This document shows, piece by piece, positions 38,670-50,369 of a stretch of DNA of 64,000 nucleotides. The position numbers were made by a program, and so were the translations under genes. The stretch comes from Vicugna vicugna. Lineage: Eukaryota. The DNA is taken from NCBI GenBank assembly GCA_013265495.1, contig MU058531.1, forward strand, positions 550,678 to 614,677, in the 5' to 3' direction. Position 1 is the first letter of the stretch. Each line of letters opens with the position of its first letter. The notes below the pieces were generated by a model, which did no database searches, was not told where the DNA came from, and saw only the letters and a list, made by a program, of their open reading frames with translations.

Positions 38670-39660
38670 AAAGTAGATGTTATTGCAAATTGTCGTTTTT
38701 GGTACAAAATATGTATACTATCATAACAGTATTGTAAATGTTTACAGTTAATTGTATAGGTTGCACTTTCTTGTATATTTTAAATACTTTTGTTAATTAA
38801 AGTTTATGGTATACTTATATATGGGCAGCATTTTATATAAAAATATGGTTAGCTTATATTACACAATTATAATTATATGATATAAACTACTTATACAATT
38901 TTGACAACTTTTATTTCCATTGGTCACATTGTTCAAATGCAAATGCGAATTGTATCTGACCACAACTGATTCCTAGTAGATTTCTGCAACATTTATTAGG
39001 AACATTATTTTTACCATGACATTGTGATCCACCAAAATTTACTATTTGGATTAACTGTTACAAAAACCATTTTATCTTCAGTTCTTTAACTTTCTAATTG
39101 AATTTACAGTAGCATATATAATTATGTCAAATGTTTTTCTTTCAGTAGAGTAATCTTTTAAAATCTTTACTTTCGATTTCAAGAATTGTTATAAAAATTG
39201 AATAATTAATACTGATTTAATACTGGCATCATTTAACTGTTAGAAAAATCATTCTTCTAAAGGAGCCAATGTAGTAACTAACATTACCTCAATTTTCTTA
39301 GATATTTAAGAACCGTGGATTTGAAAATGAGCAAAATTAACTTTTAAAAAAGTCATTTGGTTTAAATAAAAAGTTATGTTTCCCAGTGGACAGCTGCTTG
39401 TGGTAAATCACCATCTTCAGGGACAGCCTCCTTAAAATACCTCCCAAAAGTTAAAACTGATGCTAATGCTTCTTCGCCAGGTCTATCTTTTTTGATTTTC
39501 GTAAGCTCAATTTATTTTGCTATGATACCATGGTACTGGATAAGTACCAACAAACATTTTATACATAGTGATTAATACCTCCCTTGAGAAACAAAAAAAC
39601 CAAAATTTAATCCTTACATTTTTCTTAAATGTATACTTCGTCTTTCTCTGGCTCACTGTT
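38670..39660 (-). mobile_element. Decayed hAT DNA-transposon transposase, Blackjack-like (N-terminal half)
   Basis: Frameshift-tolerant manual translation gives these collinear blocks: SQRKTKYTF, CIKC, KHNFLFKPND, IEVMLVTTLAPL, QLNDAS, KVKILKDYSTERKTFDII, EDKMVF, NPNSxFGGSQCHGKNNV, RNLLGISCG, PMEIKVVKLYK. Confidence 0.75.
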
Positions 39661-42600
39661 GCCTTAAAAGGTTGATTGTAAAATACACATACCCCAAAGT
39701 AAGTAGGTACAGTTTTACACACTATAGTAAGCGATCAACTGCTGTACGAAGGTCAGACTACTCTCATTACACTCCGTGGCAGAACTGCTCAGCCTCTTCT
39801 CATAAAGACTTCATGTGTATCTAACTTGCCACTTCCCCTATTCACTACTGACACTGCCAACTGGTGATTTGGTACCACAGCTGGCCAGGAGGGGCATCTG
39901 CATCCCTTACTTTTCTCACCACCACTCAAGTCTGGAAATAGCTATCCCAGATGCCAATGCCTGATGGTGCTTTGTTTTATTAGTGAATAGCCCACAGGCA
40001 CTGCACCTGGAAAGGTGATTGAAAAGAACAAGTACTGAGTCAGCGTACTGAGTAGAAACTTCTGGATGCTCACAAGATAAGTCTTTAAAAATATAAAATG
40101 TAGCCATAATACTTATACTTCAATTTAAAGTGTCGGATATACTTAGTAAGAGGAGAAATAATGTTTTCATTAGGTTTCAAGTACAAAATTCAAAGCCTGA
40201 TAATTTCTTAATGGTTTCACAAATACTGATTCTCTCCTTGTCAATTCTATTAACAGAAGCACTTTTCTGCCGTGCATAACAGCAGTAAATCACAATTTTT
40301 GTACTCTGGTCATTGATTAATCTTTAATAGTACAAATTCTAGCATCATTTAAATATTCCTTTCTTTTGCCAAGTCAACAACCACTTTTTCTTCAATACAT
40401 ATTTTGACCTAATCTCTTGATTTAGGAACATGTTTCTGAAGAGCTCTCTCATTCATAGACTCTAAGTCCATTTTGAAGATACAAACATTGCCTATAGGTC
40501 TTCCCTGAATTCTCACCCCCATAACATCCCTTCTCAGTCCCACTTTGCAGTCATTTGATTTCTTCCTCTCTCAAAATGCTCAAGTTTCTCTTTATTTATT
40601 GTAAACGTAAAAGGCAAATATAGGAATTAAAAGCAAATCATTACTGAGACTGTATACCAGTGGCCTCTTGCTAGTCTGAAAAATATGCTTTATGCCTAAT
40701 TTTCTGCTTTTGGTTTATTGCAATGTGGAGGTTTTTATTTATTTTTAGCTTTCCCATGCATGCAAGCTAAATTTGGCTTGAACTTTTGCCTTTATTTTTG
40801 CAGAATCTGATTCCATTTTTGATAGATAATTTGGGGTTAGATACATTCAGTTGTAGTCTCATATGCCAAGTTGATAACCCTACCCAACTTTGTATTTAAA
40901 ATATTTAATGTAGTAGATGCCCATCTAATCTTAATTGGTACGTTCCCCTCATTCTAGGCAAAACCACTGTGAGACATGTGTTCTTACTTTTCAACATATA
41001 TACTTATATTTTGATCATTAATGCTTATGCCCTCTGTTTGATAGAGCTCAGAATATTAAACAAAGATTCTCTTGGTGCTTCCTTCTCTACAAGGGAAAAA
41101 AAAAACACCTAAATTGTTCCGATGTGATTTGCATTTAGATGCTCTATGCATAGCTTTCTCCGAAACACTGCTGTTACCACATTTCCCTCCTTTCCAGTTA
41201 AGCACATCTAAGTATCTTATTGAGAAACACTGTGAAGCTTTTGAAAATATAAACAGAACATTTTTTTAAGGAAGTGAATTCAAACCGGGATTTTTTTTGA
41301 AGAATTTCTATGCAACAAATGGACAGGATAATCTAGTTAAATCACAATTTGAATTTCTCCGAAGACCCTCGAAACTTAAACACCAAGTGACTTCTGTCTT
41401 AGACATGAGTTTGGTAAGTCTGAGAGGAATAGTCCTGTAGCGAGGGAGAAATGCCTCCCAAGTGAGAGATGTTTTTGGTTTGCTTTCTATTTGTTTGGTT
41501 TTTTTTTTCATTTTGTTTTTAATAATATGTGAAGGAATGGTTGTATGAAACTTGGAAACTGATATGGTCAATACCACAGGAAGAGAAGAAATGGTGATTA
41601 TGCAGTGGTGGCAGAGTATAATGCAGAGGGGGCAGATAAAATCTAGACAACTTACCCTACCTCCCTGAGCCTTGTTTTCTCCGTCAGTAAGGAGAGTATC
41701 CTATTTATAGAGTGATGTACAACTGCAATAAATTATGATAAATGCAGTGTGCCAGGGTCATTAACATTTTTGAGCAGAAACAAAGAAAAGAAGGAAACGA
41801 ACGCTAAATCAGATGAGATGCCAGTATGTCAGCCATAAACCAGGTAGGATGCCCTTTGAATAGTCACACGTGTCTGCTTCTGTAAAACATCCTGTTTGGG
41901 GAGTTTCTCTTGGCTTTTCCTCTATGATCTGTAGTCTTTTACTCTTGGTCCTTCATTGAATAACTTCCTCTCATGCCACCAATGAATCGATACATCAGGA
42001 ACATGCCTCACAAAACAACATTAAAAGATATTAGGCCTGAGCTAGCTCTGTTCTAATATTTAGGGAGAAAAGGTCTGTTCCTTCCCAAAGAATCACAGTT
42101 AGACCTCCCTTGGGAGCGAAGATTCAGGAGTGGATCAAAGGCAAAGAAAGAGAGGAGGGCTCTAAGCATGCTAATGGCCTAGGCTTTGACAGAAAAGAGA
42201 AATTAAGTCACCAGATTAAGGACTTCTATTTGAGAGTTTGAGACCAAAATCGTCTTAGGGGTTCCAAATAGGAGTCTGGGGATAAAGTCTTGCTTTAATA
42301 ATAAAGAGAGAACCATTTCCTGGGAGCTCCTTCCTGTGCATCTTTCTCATGAGCCTCCAGGAACTAGCGTTTCAGGGTAACTACCATCTTCACCCACAAA
42401 AGCCCATTTTACCATATCACAGCTGAGAAATGGCACAAATGGTATAAATTTACACCTAGGACCCTGAAATCAGAGTATCGTATAATGGAAAGAGAAAGAA
42501 TCTAATGATGAGTTTGTTTCAAGTCCTGGCGGAAGGGCTGGCCCTAAGACATAGTTTAATAAGGAATCTGCCTTTATATATTCTCCTGCCTTTCTCTTAT

Positions 42601-43361
42601 ATGTCCTTTCTAACTCTGATAGCCCTTCGGGAATCCCATGCCATCATTATGCCCTAAGATATTGTGACACTCTGATATCCCAACTTGGTCTGCCCTACTT
42701 CTCAAAAGTCTGCAAGTTTCTAATTTCCTATCTCCCACCTCCACCCCAAATTCCCATGTTTTCTCTACAGCTGGCTCAGACAGGGGTACGAAGGAAAGCA
42801 GCTGATTCAGCCAATTCACAGAAAGATTTGAATGACAGATCTTTCACACCCCGTCCCCCCACCCCCAATATTTGCATTTTTGGAAGAGGAAGCTTGTTAA
42901 ATAAACCAATCATCAGTGAAATTTTCAGACAACTTATCTAAGAGAAAAGGAAAAAAAAAAAAAACTCAGGCTTTGACAGAAAAGGAGATTTAGGGAAGAG
43001 TAAGAGAAATTAAATTCAGTGTTGCCTGGCCATCTCATCCCCAAGTACGGTTTTACTCTAGTCTCACAAAATTCCTCAACATACCAAGATCAGTAACAAT
43101 GGTTCTCATGCAGCATTCCAAATGGAGGTGAAAATGCATGAGTGTGTATCTGTAAGGGAAACAAGTTTGGTGACGGGAAACAGTAATGAATTACTTGTAG
43201 ATTGAGACCTGCCCACCAGTGATGCCTGATGGTAGTTAAAAACAAAAATAATTCTAGCATTTACGTGAAAGGTCTTAAATGTGAAATAGACTTTTTCTTC
43301 TCCTTGGCTAACTATGGCATCTGTCAGTAAGAGTGACAGCACAGAGAATCATTTAGGATGA

Positions 43362-43858
43362 TTGTATAGGTTAGCCTTTGCTGAGCAACAAACCACTCCA
43401 AAATACAGTAGTTTAAAGCAATAATCGTTTCCCTTCCCATGATTCTGTCAGTCAGCAATTTGGATGGGATCAGCTGGAAGGCTCTTATACTGACTTTGCC
43501 TGGGCTCACCTATGGGACCACAACTAAATGGGCTGGATGTTAGTCTAAGGTGGCCTCACTCAGCAAGACTTGCAGTGAGTATGAGCTTTAGGCTGGAAAC
43601 CCGAATTCTCCTCCACGTGACCTCTCCAGCAGGTTGACTTACACTCATACTCACAACAGCAGCATTCCAAGAAGGCAAGAACGAAAGTTTCAAAGCTGTC
43701 TGTGACCAAGGCTCAGAATAAACACAATGTCACTTGTTCACTTCCATTACATTCTACTGACTAAAGCAAGTAATAAACCCAGCCAGAACCTGGTGCTGGG
43801 GAAACAGCTCCACTTCTTGAAAATGTCTGCTGCAAAGAGCTGCTTTGTAATCAACCAT
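43362..43858 (-). mobile_element. MaLR solo LTR, MLT1H-like
   Basis: 'tttgctgagcaacaaaccactccaaaatacagtagtttaaagcaata...catgattctgtcagtcagcaatttgg'. Confidence 0.65.
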
Positions 43859-45639
43859 AAGACATAGGAGTAGCACAAAAGGTTTTAAGTAATTTTCTAT
43901 TTGAAGGTTTTTTTTTTTTTTTTTCCCCCATTCTCTCCCTAGTCCAGTCCAGTGAGATTATTATTATAATTTGTTTTTAGAAAAATCACACTGGGAGACC
44001 TCATGTTCCAATTACAAACTAGGCTTATGAGAACTGAGATGTTAAGTTGCTGATTATCCCATATTAGGAAAAGTGAATAAGCCTTATAGTTTTTAGAACA
44101 TTTCAAGAATAACATGTAATCTTTTTCTCCGAATAAATGGTCTCTAGTGGCACTCTTTGGAAGAATTTTAACATGAGAAAATTCACTATATATCTTCTAA
44201 AGTTTTTATTTTAAACTGAGCAGATGTGCTAAGATATTTGCTTCACACATTTCCCAAATATTGACTTCTTTAAAGGATGTGTTTAGCTTTTATCCCTCGG
44301 GACTCAGATTTATGTTTCCTACCACTCTTAAGGCCTTGAAAGCTTTTTTTTTTCTTCTAGTTGAACATCTTATTTCCATTTTTTAGGCTACAAGGAAAAA
44401 TGTTTAGGGGACTATTTGATTAGTTTGTAATGAGAACATTTATGAGAGGCATTGATTTCTTGTGCTAAGCTTCGGGTCATGATTCATGAAGGAATGTAAC
44501 AGATGCAACTATGTTCTGAGAAGTTGATCTGGGTGTCCCAAGCCAGAAATTGATCTGGGTGACCTTAGGCTGTAAAATGATCAAGGTCTAAACCAGCTTG
44601 GAACTAGAGCTAAACCAGCAATTTTGATAAACAGATAATATATTTTAAACCTCACCTTTTAAACAATGGAGACAGTGAATGTGATGGGAACAAGGCACAT
44701 GATAAGGAAACAGAGGAAAGGAGCAGCCCCTGGGTACAAAGGGGTCCCTGTACTTTCAGACTCTCATCTTGAACTCCAGTCTTCATCTCCTTCTGCTTCT
44801 GTGCTTTGTTCCTATTCCCCATAATGCAAGACTTGTGACTATAATCTAGTCCTCAAGAAATCTTTCACTCTGTTTAGTTTTGTTTCCAGATGAATTTTCA
44901 TGCTTTATATTTTTTTGTTCATTTCTATGTCAGCATTTTGGAACAAGGGCCATATTTTATTTTGTTAAAAGGAAAAAGAAAAATGAATATTGCTTCAATG
45001 ATTTGAGTTGGATTATCCAGGAAATCAGCATGCCCACCTGTTTTACACCACCTATCCTGGCAAGAAGTAGAATCTACAGTAAACATATAATGTACCATTT
45101 ACAAACCATGTCTCAATTAAACAAAACCCAGGCAAGAAGAGCTTTCTACATTAAATTTGATTTTTCTTTACATAACTTAGCCCATTTGACAGAAACCATG
45201 AGCTCAGGAAACATGAGTTCCTGCTGCTGTTAAATGTATCTGTTCCTAATGTATGCTGTTACATAAGATATTAATATTGTCTAATGAAGTTTCTATGACT
45301 CCTTAGACATTATATACTTAAAAACTCTTTGCCATGAGTGTGAATCTTATCATAATGTCTTCAATAAGACATTAAGCATTTCATAGATATTATCTGTTGA
45401 AGAGAAGCTCTAAAAAGTATTCCAACAAACTTAATGAGATTAAGTATATACCATATGAAAACTGTTTTATCTTGATTTTAAGTTTTATTCTTTACGTACT
45501 TATTTCCCCACTATGGATGATGACACACACATTCACTTGCTTTATTGCCTTGATTAATTTTTAAATCGTCGTGGCTCTGCAACTATTACAGCTGAATCCA
45601 TTGGCATACTATGACTACATTTCCTTTCTTATAAATGAG

Positions 45640-45972
45640 TTTTTTTTCCTAGCTTTATTGAGGTGTGATTGACAAATTGACAACTGTATATATTTAAGGT
45701 GTATAATGGGGTATTTTAGGTGATGATGGTTATAAGATACAACTTTCGGTTAAAGATGAATAAATTCAAGAGATCTAATGTGCAACATGTTAACTATAGT
45801 CAATATGGCTATATTATATCCTTGAAATACATAATATATTATATACTTGAAATTAGCTAAGAAAGTAGATCTTAAGTGTCCTCACTACACACACACCAAA
45901 ATGGTAACTGTGTGATGTGTGTGAGATGTGATGGATATCTTAATTAGCTGGACTGTGGTAAACATTACACAA
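45640..45972 (-). mobile_element. L1MA-like 3' UTR with 5' inversion (twin-priming structure)
   Basis: 45640-~45718 is the antisense 3' tip with T-run; ~45719-45972 is the upstream 3' UTR in sense orientation. Confidence 0.75.
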
Positions 45973-46029
45973 GAAATCTTTCACCCTCCTGCTTCTATTC
46001 CAAATCTGTCTTTTATTCCAGTTCCTGTC

Positions 46030-48470
46030 CTGTTTCTCATACCCAAAATGGACCTCATACTACCAAATCCTGTGGCCATTTTTTATCTTTATCTTATTTG
46101 ACTTCTAAGCAGTAGCTGATGTCACTGATCACCTTTTCCTTTCTGAAATTTCTTAATTTCTGTGATACACTCTCTTCTGGACTTTTACTCTCAAGCTCCT
46201 TTGCTAACTCAGTACTTCTGCCTAAACTGTAAAAACTGGTACTTTCCAAGTTCAGTCCTGGACTTCCTTTTCTTTTTTCTGTCTCCACTCTCTCCCTACA
46301 GAGTTTTATCCATTTTCATGCTGTTAAGTGCTAGCCGTGCCCTGTATTTGAAATTTTTACCACTAGTTCTCATATAATTCTGGAACATATTGGAATAGCC
46401 AACCGTCTACTTATAATTTCCATTAGGGTGTCTAATAGGCATCTTAAACCTTGCATAATCAAAATCAAACTACTGATTTTGACTCCAACCTGTTCTCTCT
46501 CTGCCTTTGCCAGTGCAGAGCAGTATCACCATTCTCCCAGTTTACTCAAACCAAAACTCCAGCTGTCATTTCTTTCCCACCTCAGATTAATCCAATAGCA
46601 AACCCTACTTACTTTATCTCCAACATGTATTTAGAATCCTTCCACTCTTCCCACCTCAACTGCTTCTACCCAAGTCCAGTCTACTCCTAGCCCTTGCCTG
46701 AACTGCTACATTAGCCCTTTCCCCTTACTCTGTGATTGGATATTATGTCTTGGTATTTGTTTTTTAACTTACTACCAGAGTAATTTTTAAATGTACACAA
46801 AACTATGGAGAATATTATAATGAATTCCCATGAGAACCTCATCTAGTTCAGTGACTAACATTTTGCTAGTCTTCTTTTATCTATCATCCCCTTTCTTCTC
46901 CTTCAACCAATGAAGTACTTTAAAAGAAAACATGAATATATGTTGATTTCACTATAAATAGCCCAGTATGTATCCATAGCATAAAGGGACTTACGTTTTT
47001 AACGTAACATCACTATACACCTAACAAAAAAACCCCCGTCATTTTGTTACATCATCCAATGTCCAACCTACTTTTATATTTCCTACATTGTGTCAAAAAT
47101 GTCTTCTTATGGTTGTTCCATTTGAATAAGACTCCAGACAAGGTCCAAATATTGCATATGCTTCTTGAGTCATTTTTAACATATAATACCCTCCTTTACT
47201 TCATGTCATCCATCTGTTAAAGAAATCAGTTTACTTGTCCTATAGTGTTACCCACATTCTGGATTGGCTGACTGCATCTTCTGAGTTCTTTAAACATATT
47301 TATCTCTTCACATTTTCCCTTAGATTGTTAGATCCAGAGACGATTACATTCAAGTCTAAATTTATTTTGTCAAAAAAAACTTCATTTTATAAGTGCTGTG
47401 CTATGTGCTTTCAACTGCATCATATCAGGAGTATCTAAGGTTTGGTTGCCCTATTTTCAGTGACAATGAGCTTAATCTGTGGGTTCAGGTGATGTCAGAT
47501 TGGCCCATTTATTACATAATTCTCAAACAACTTTTTGCTTTAATGTTCTACGAACTAGTGATGACCGTTGTCTAAATCTATTATTTCAGTATGGGTTACA
47601 AAAGGTGACTTTAAAAAACTGTCCTTCCACCTGCATATGTTGCATGAAACTCTTCTATAAAGAACATTCGATTAGCAACTATTTTGTTATCCTGTAGCCA
47701 TTTTGTATAGGAAACACAGGACAGGATGTATGTTTGAACTTTACCCTTAATTTACCAATTTTCAGAACAAGGAGCCAGTGCTTTGGAAACTCACAACAAT
47801 TTAAGAAGTTTAAAATTATTGTTTAGTTTTGTTTTCACCGTCATTATGAACTTGCATATATTTGATAGGTATGAGTCCACAAAATATTCTTCAAATTGTT
47901 CACCCCATTACAGTTTTATTCTTAACAGTATTTTTGCTTCATTGCAGTCAGTGTGATCTTTGAAAAACCCGAATCACAACATGCCATCTGTCATTTAATA
48001 TCCTCCAATGTCTCCCCATTACAATTAGAATATTCTCTAAATTCTTTATCCTAGAAAGTCCTAGATAACCTGACCCTGACTACTTCTCTGACATCACCTC
48101 ATACAGATCTCCCTCTTCAACATCAGCGCCATTCTGCTTCTCAAATACCTGTCATTCAAGGGCTATGCACTGTTCATTCCCTTCTCGGTAGTGCAGTAAT
48201 TCCCTATCTTTGCATATGTCCTTCAATAGCCACACAGTTATTTTACATCAAATCTCCCACCATATTTTTATTCTTGGTGTAGAATAACCTGATATTTTCT
48301 TACTGATTTATTACTCTTTGTTTTTTATTTTACTCTCTCCTCTGGAATTTAAGTCCTACTGAGAACAGGGATCTTGCCTGCCTGGTGCACTGAATCTTCA
48401 GTGCCTAAAAGAAGCTTGGCACTAGGCTCTCAGTTAAATACTTTCGAGTGAGTAATTGAATGTATGAAGC
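46030..48470 (+). mobile_element. L2 fragments (~46030-46730, ~47920-48470) split by an antisense L1ME-like piece (~46770-47880)
   Basis: 'gggtgtctaataggcatcttaaacc'; L2 3' end 'cagtgcctaaaagaagcttggcactaggctctcagttaaatact...gagtaattgaatg'. Confidence 0.6.
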
Positions 48471-49404
48471 ACTCACCCAGTTTAAGGCTGACTCTCCCCA
48501 GAGAAGAGGACCCTTGAGGTAAATATATGTTCTAGTGATTTCTTTGTTGAAGAGACGGCTTTCATATTGTTGCTCTAACCCAAGGATGGCAAGTAAGTCT
48601 CAACTTACAAATAAATAAAAGAGAAAAAGATCCTTCTGAACAATTTCACATGAAAAGAAAAATTAAAAATCAACACAACTTATTTTAAAATCTTTGTTAG
48701 TCTTTTACAGCTAAAATATGAATTTCAATTAACAGTAATAGTGATTTGCCTAAAGTTTTATGGCTTGGAAATTTCTGTTTCATATTGTTAGCAGTGACAT
48801 ACAATTTATTAAAATTGCATTATATTGCAGAGTAACAAAGATATTCTTTTGGTGTTTTTTAATTTTGAATGGATAAAATTTCATGTGCAAGGATATTGCC
48901 AAAAGATTTTTGGCTCAATAGAAAAAAATATGTCAAAAAGTACAAAGATTTTAAGCCACAAGAAGTACTAGGCTCTAATTGCTAAACTTTGAATAATATA
49001 AATATTAAGTTTTTTTAGACAACTATAAAATCTCATTTCATATACTGATGTTATTCTTTCTCAGTTGCATACTGGTTTAATGTCAAGATTTGGGGTTTGA
49101 CTTTTTTTAGTCAGTAAAGATTTTTGGAATTGTACACATTATTTTACTGACTTCAAAATATGGAATTAATGTCACAGTAATCTGTAACATTTTAAAAAAT
49201 TAAAAACATGAAATTATTTTTATCGTTTTGATGGTAAATATGCACATAAAAATGAACTTTTATTTTAAATATTATTTTAAATACATTTTAATAAAGAAAG
49301 TATTTGTGTTTTCTACTGTGACAACTACTGAAATAGTTTTGCCCAGTTATTTATTTCCAAGGAAGTAACTGATTCTATATATTCACAATTTCTTTTCATT
49401 AAAA

Positions 49405-50330
49405 TCCACCAAAACCAAGTGAAGAAAAAGTCACAGTCTAGAAGAAGATATTTGCTATACACAGAACTAACAAAAGATTAGTATTCCAAATATATATAAC
49501 TCTTAGAAATTATTTCTCAAGTAAAATGGGCAAAAGGGTATCTTAAGAACAGACATTTCACAGAGAAGAAAATATGAACAGTAAACCAGCATATAAATAG
49601 CTGCTGAACTCATTAGTAACCAGAGTGATGTAAATAAGCCCACAATGATTACAATTTTATATGCAATATATCGGCAGAAGTTTAGAAGTTTGATAATACC
49701 AAGTATTGGTGAATATACAAATCAAAGAGAACTCATAAGCAACTGTTCGTGTGTCAAGTGATATACCACCTATGAAAAAACCACCAGATATTACCTTAAA
49801 AATGTCTTAAAAACTTGAAAATGTGCATATGCTCCTACACAAACATTCCACTCCTAATTGTGTATTTCAGAGAATCTCTTGATTATTGACAATATGAGAC
49901 ATGTACCAGAATACTCATAGCAACTTGTTTGTAGTTTTTTTAAAAAGCAGAGGTAGAAACCACAAATGTCCAGTAAGAAGAAAATAGATAATATAATATA
50001 TACAAAATATACATAAAAATATGAGCTATATACACATATGAATACATAGGAAAGAATAAATGAATTACAGCTATTCACAATAACATGGATAAATTTTGGA
50101 ACCACCAAACTGAAGGAAAAACACAAGTTTCGGAAGACAATAGAGTATATATATTTTTATAAGCTTAAAACAAGCAAAACCAAACAATATATTGGTTAGA
50201 GGTATAAATATATAGAGTATAACAAGTTTTAAACAAGGGAATTCAGGATTGCAGTTACTTCTGGGTGACTGGAAGGGCAACGTAGGATACAAGTAGATTC
50301 AATTACATCAGTCATATCCTAGATATTTTT
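49405..50330 (+). mobile_element. L1ME-like ORF2 C-terminus and 3' UTR
   Basis: 'aagttagaagtttgataataccaagtattggtga'-like stretch and 'cattccactcctaattgtgtatttcagagaa'. Confidence 0.65.
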
Positions 50331-50369
50331 AGCCACCATTTTCCTGTTTTCCTTCAAATTTCATAAAAT

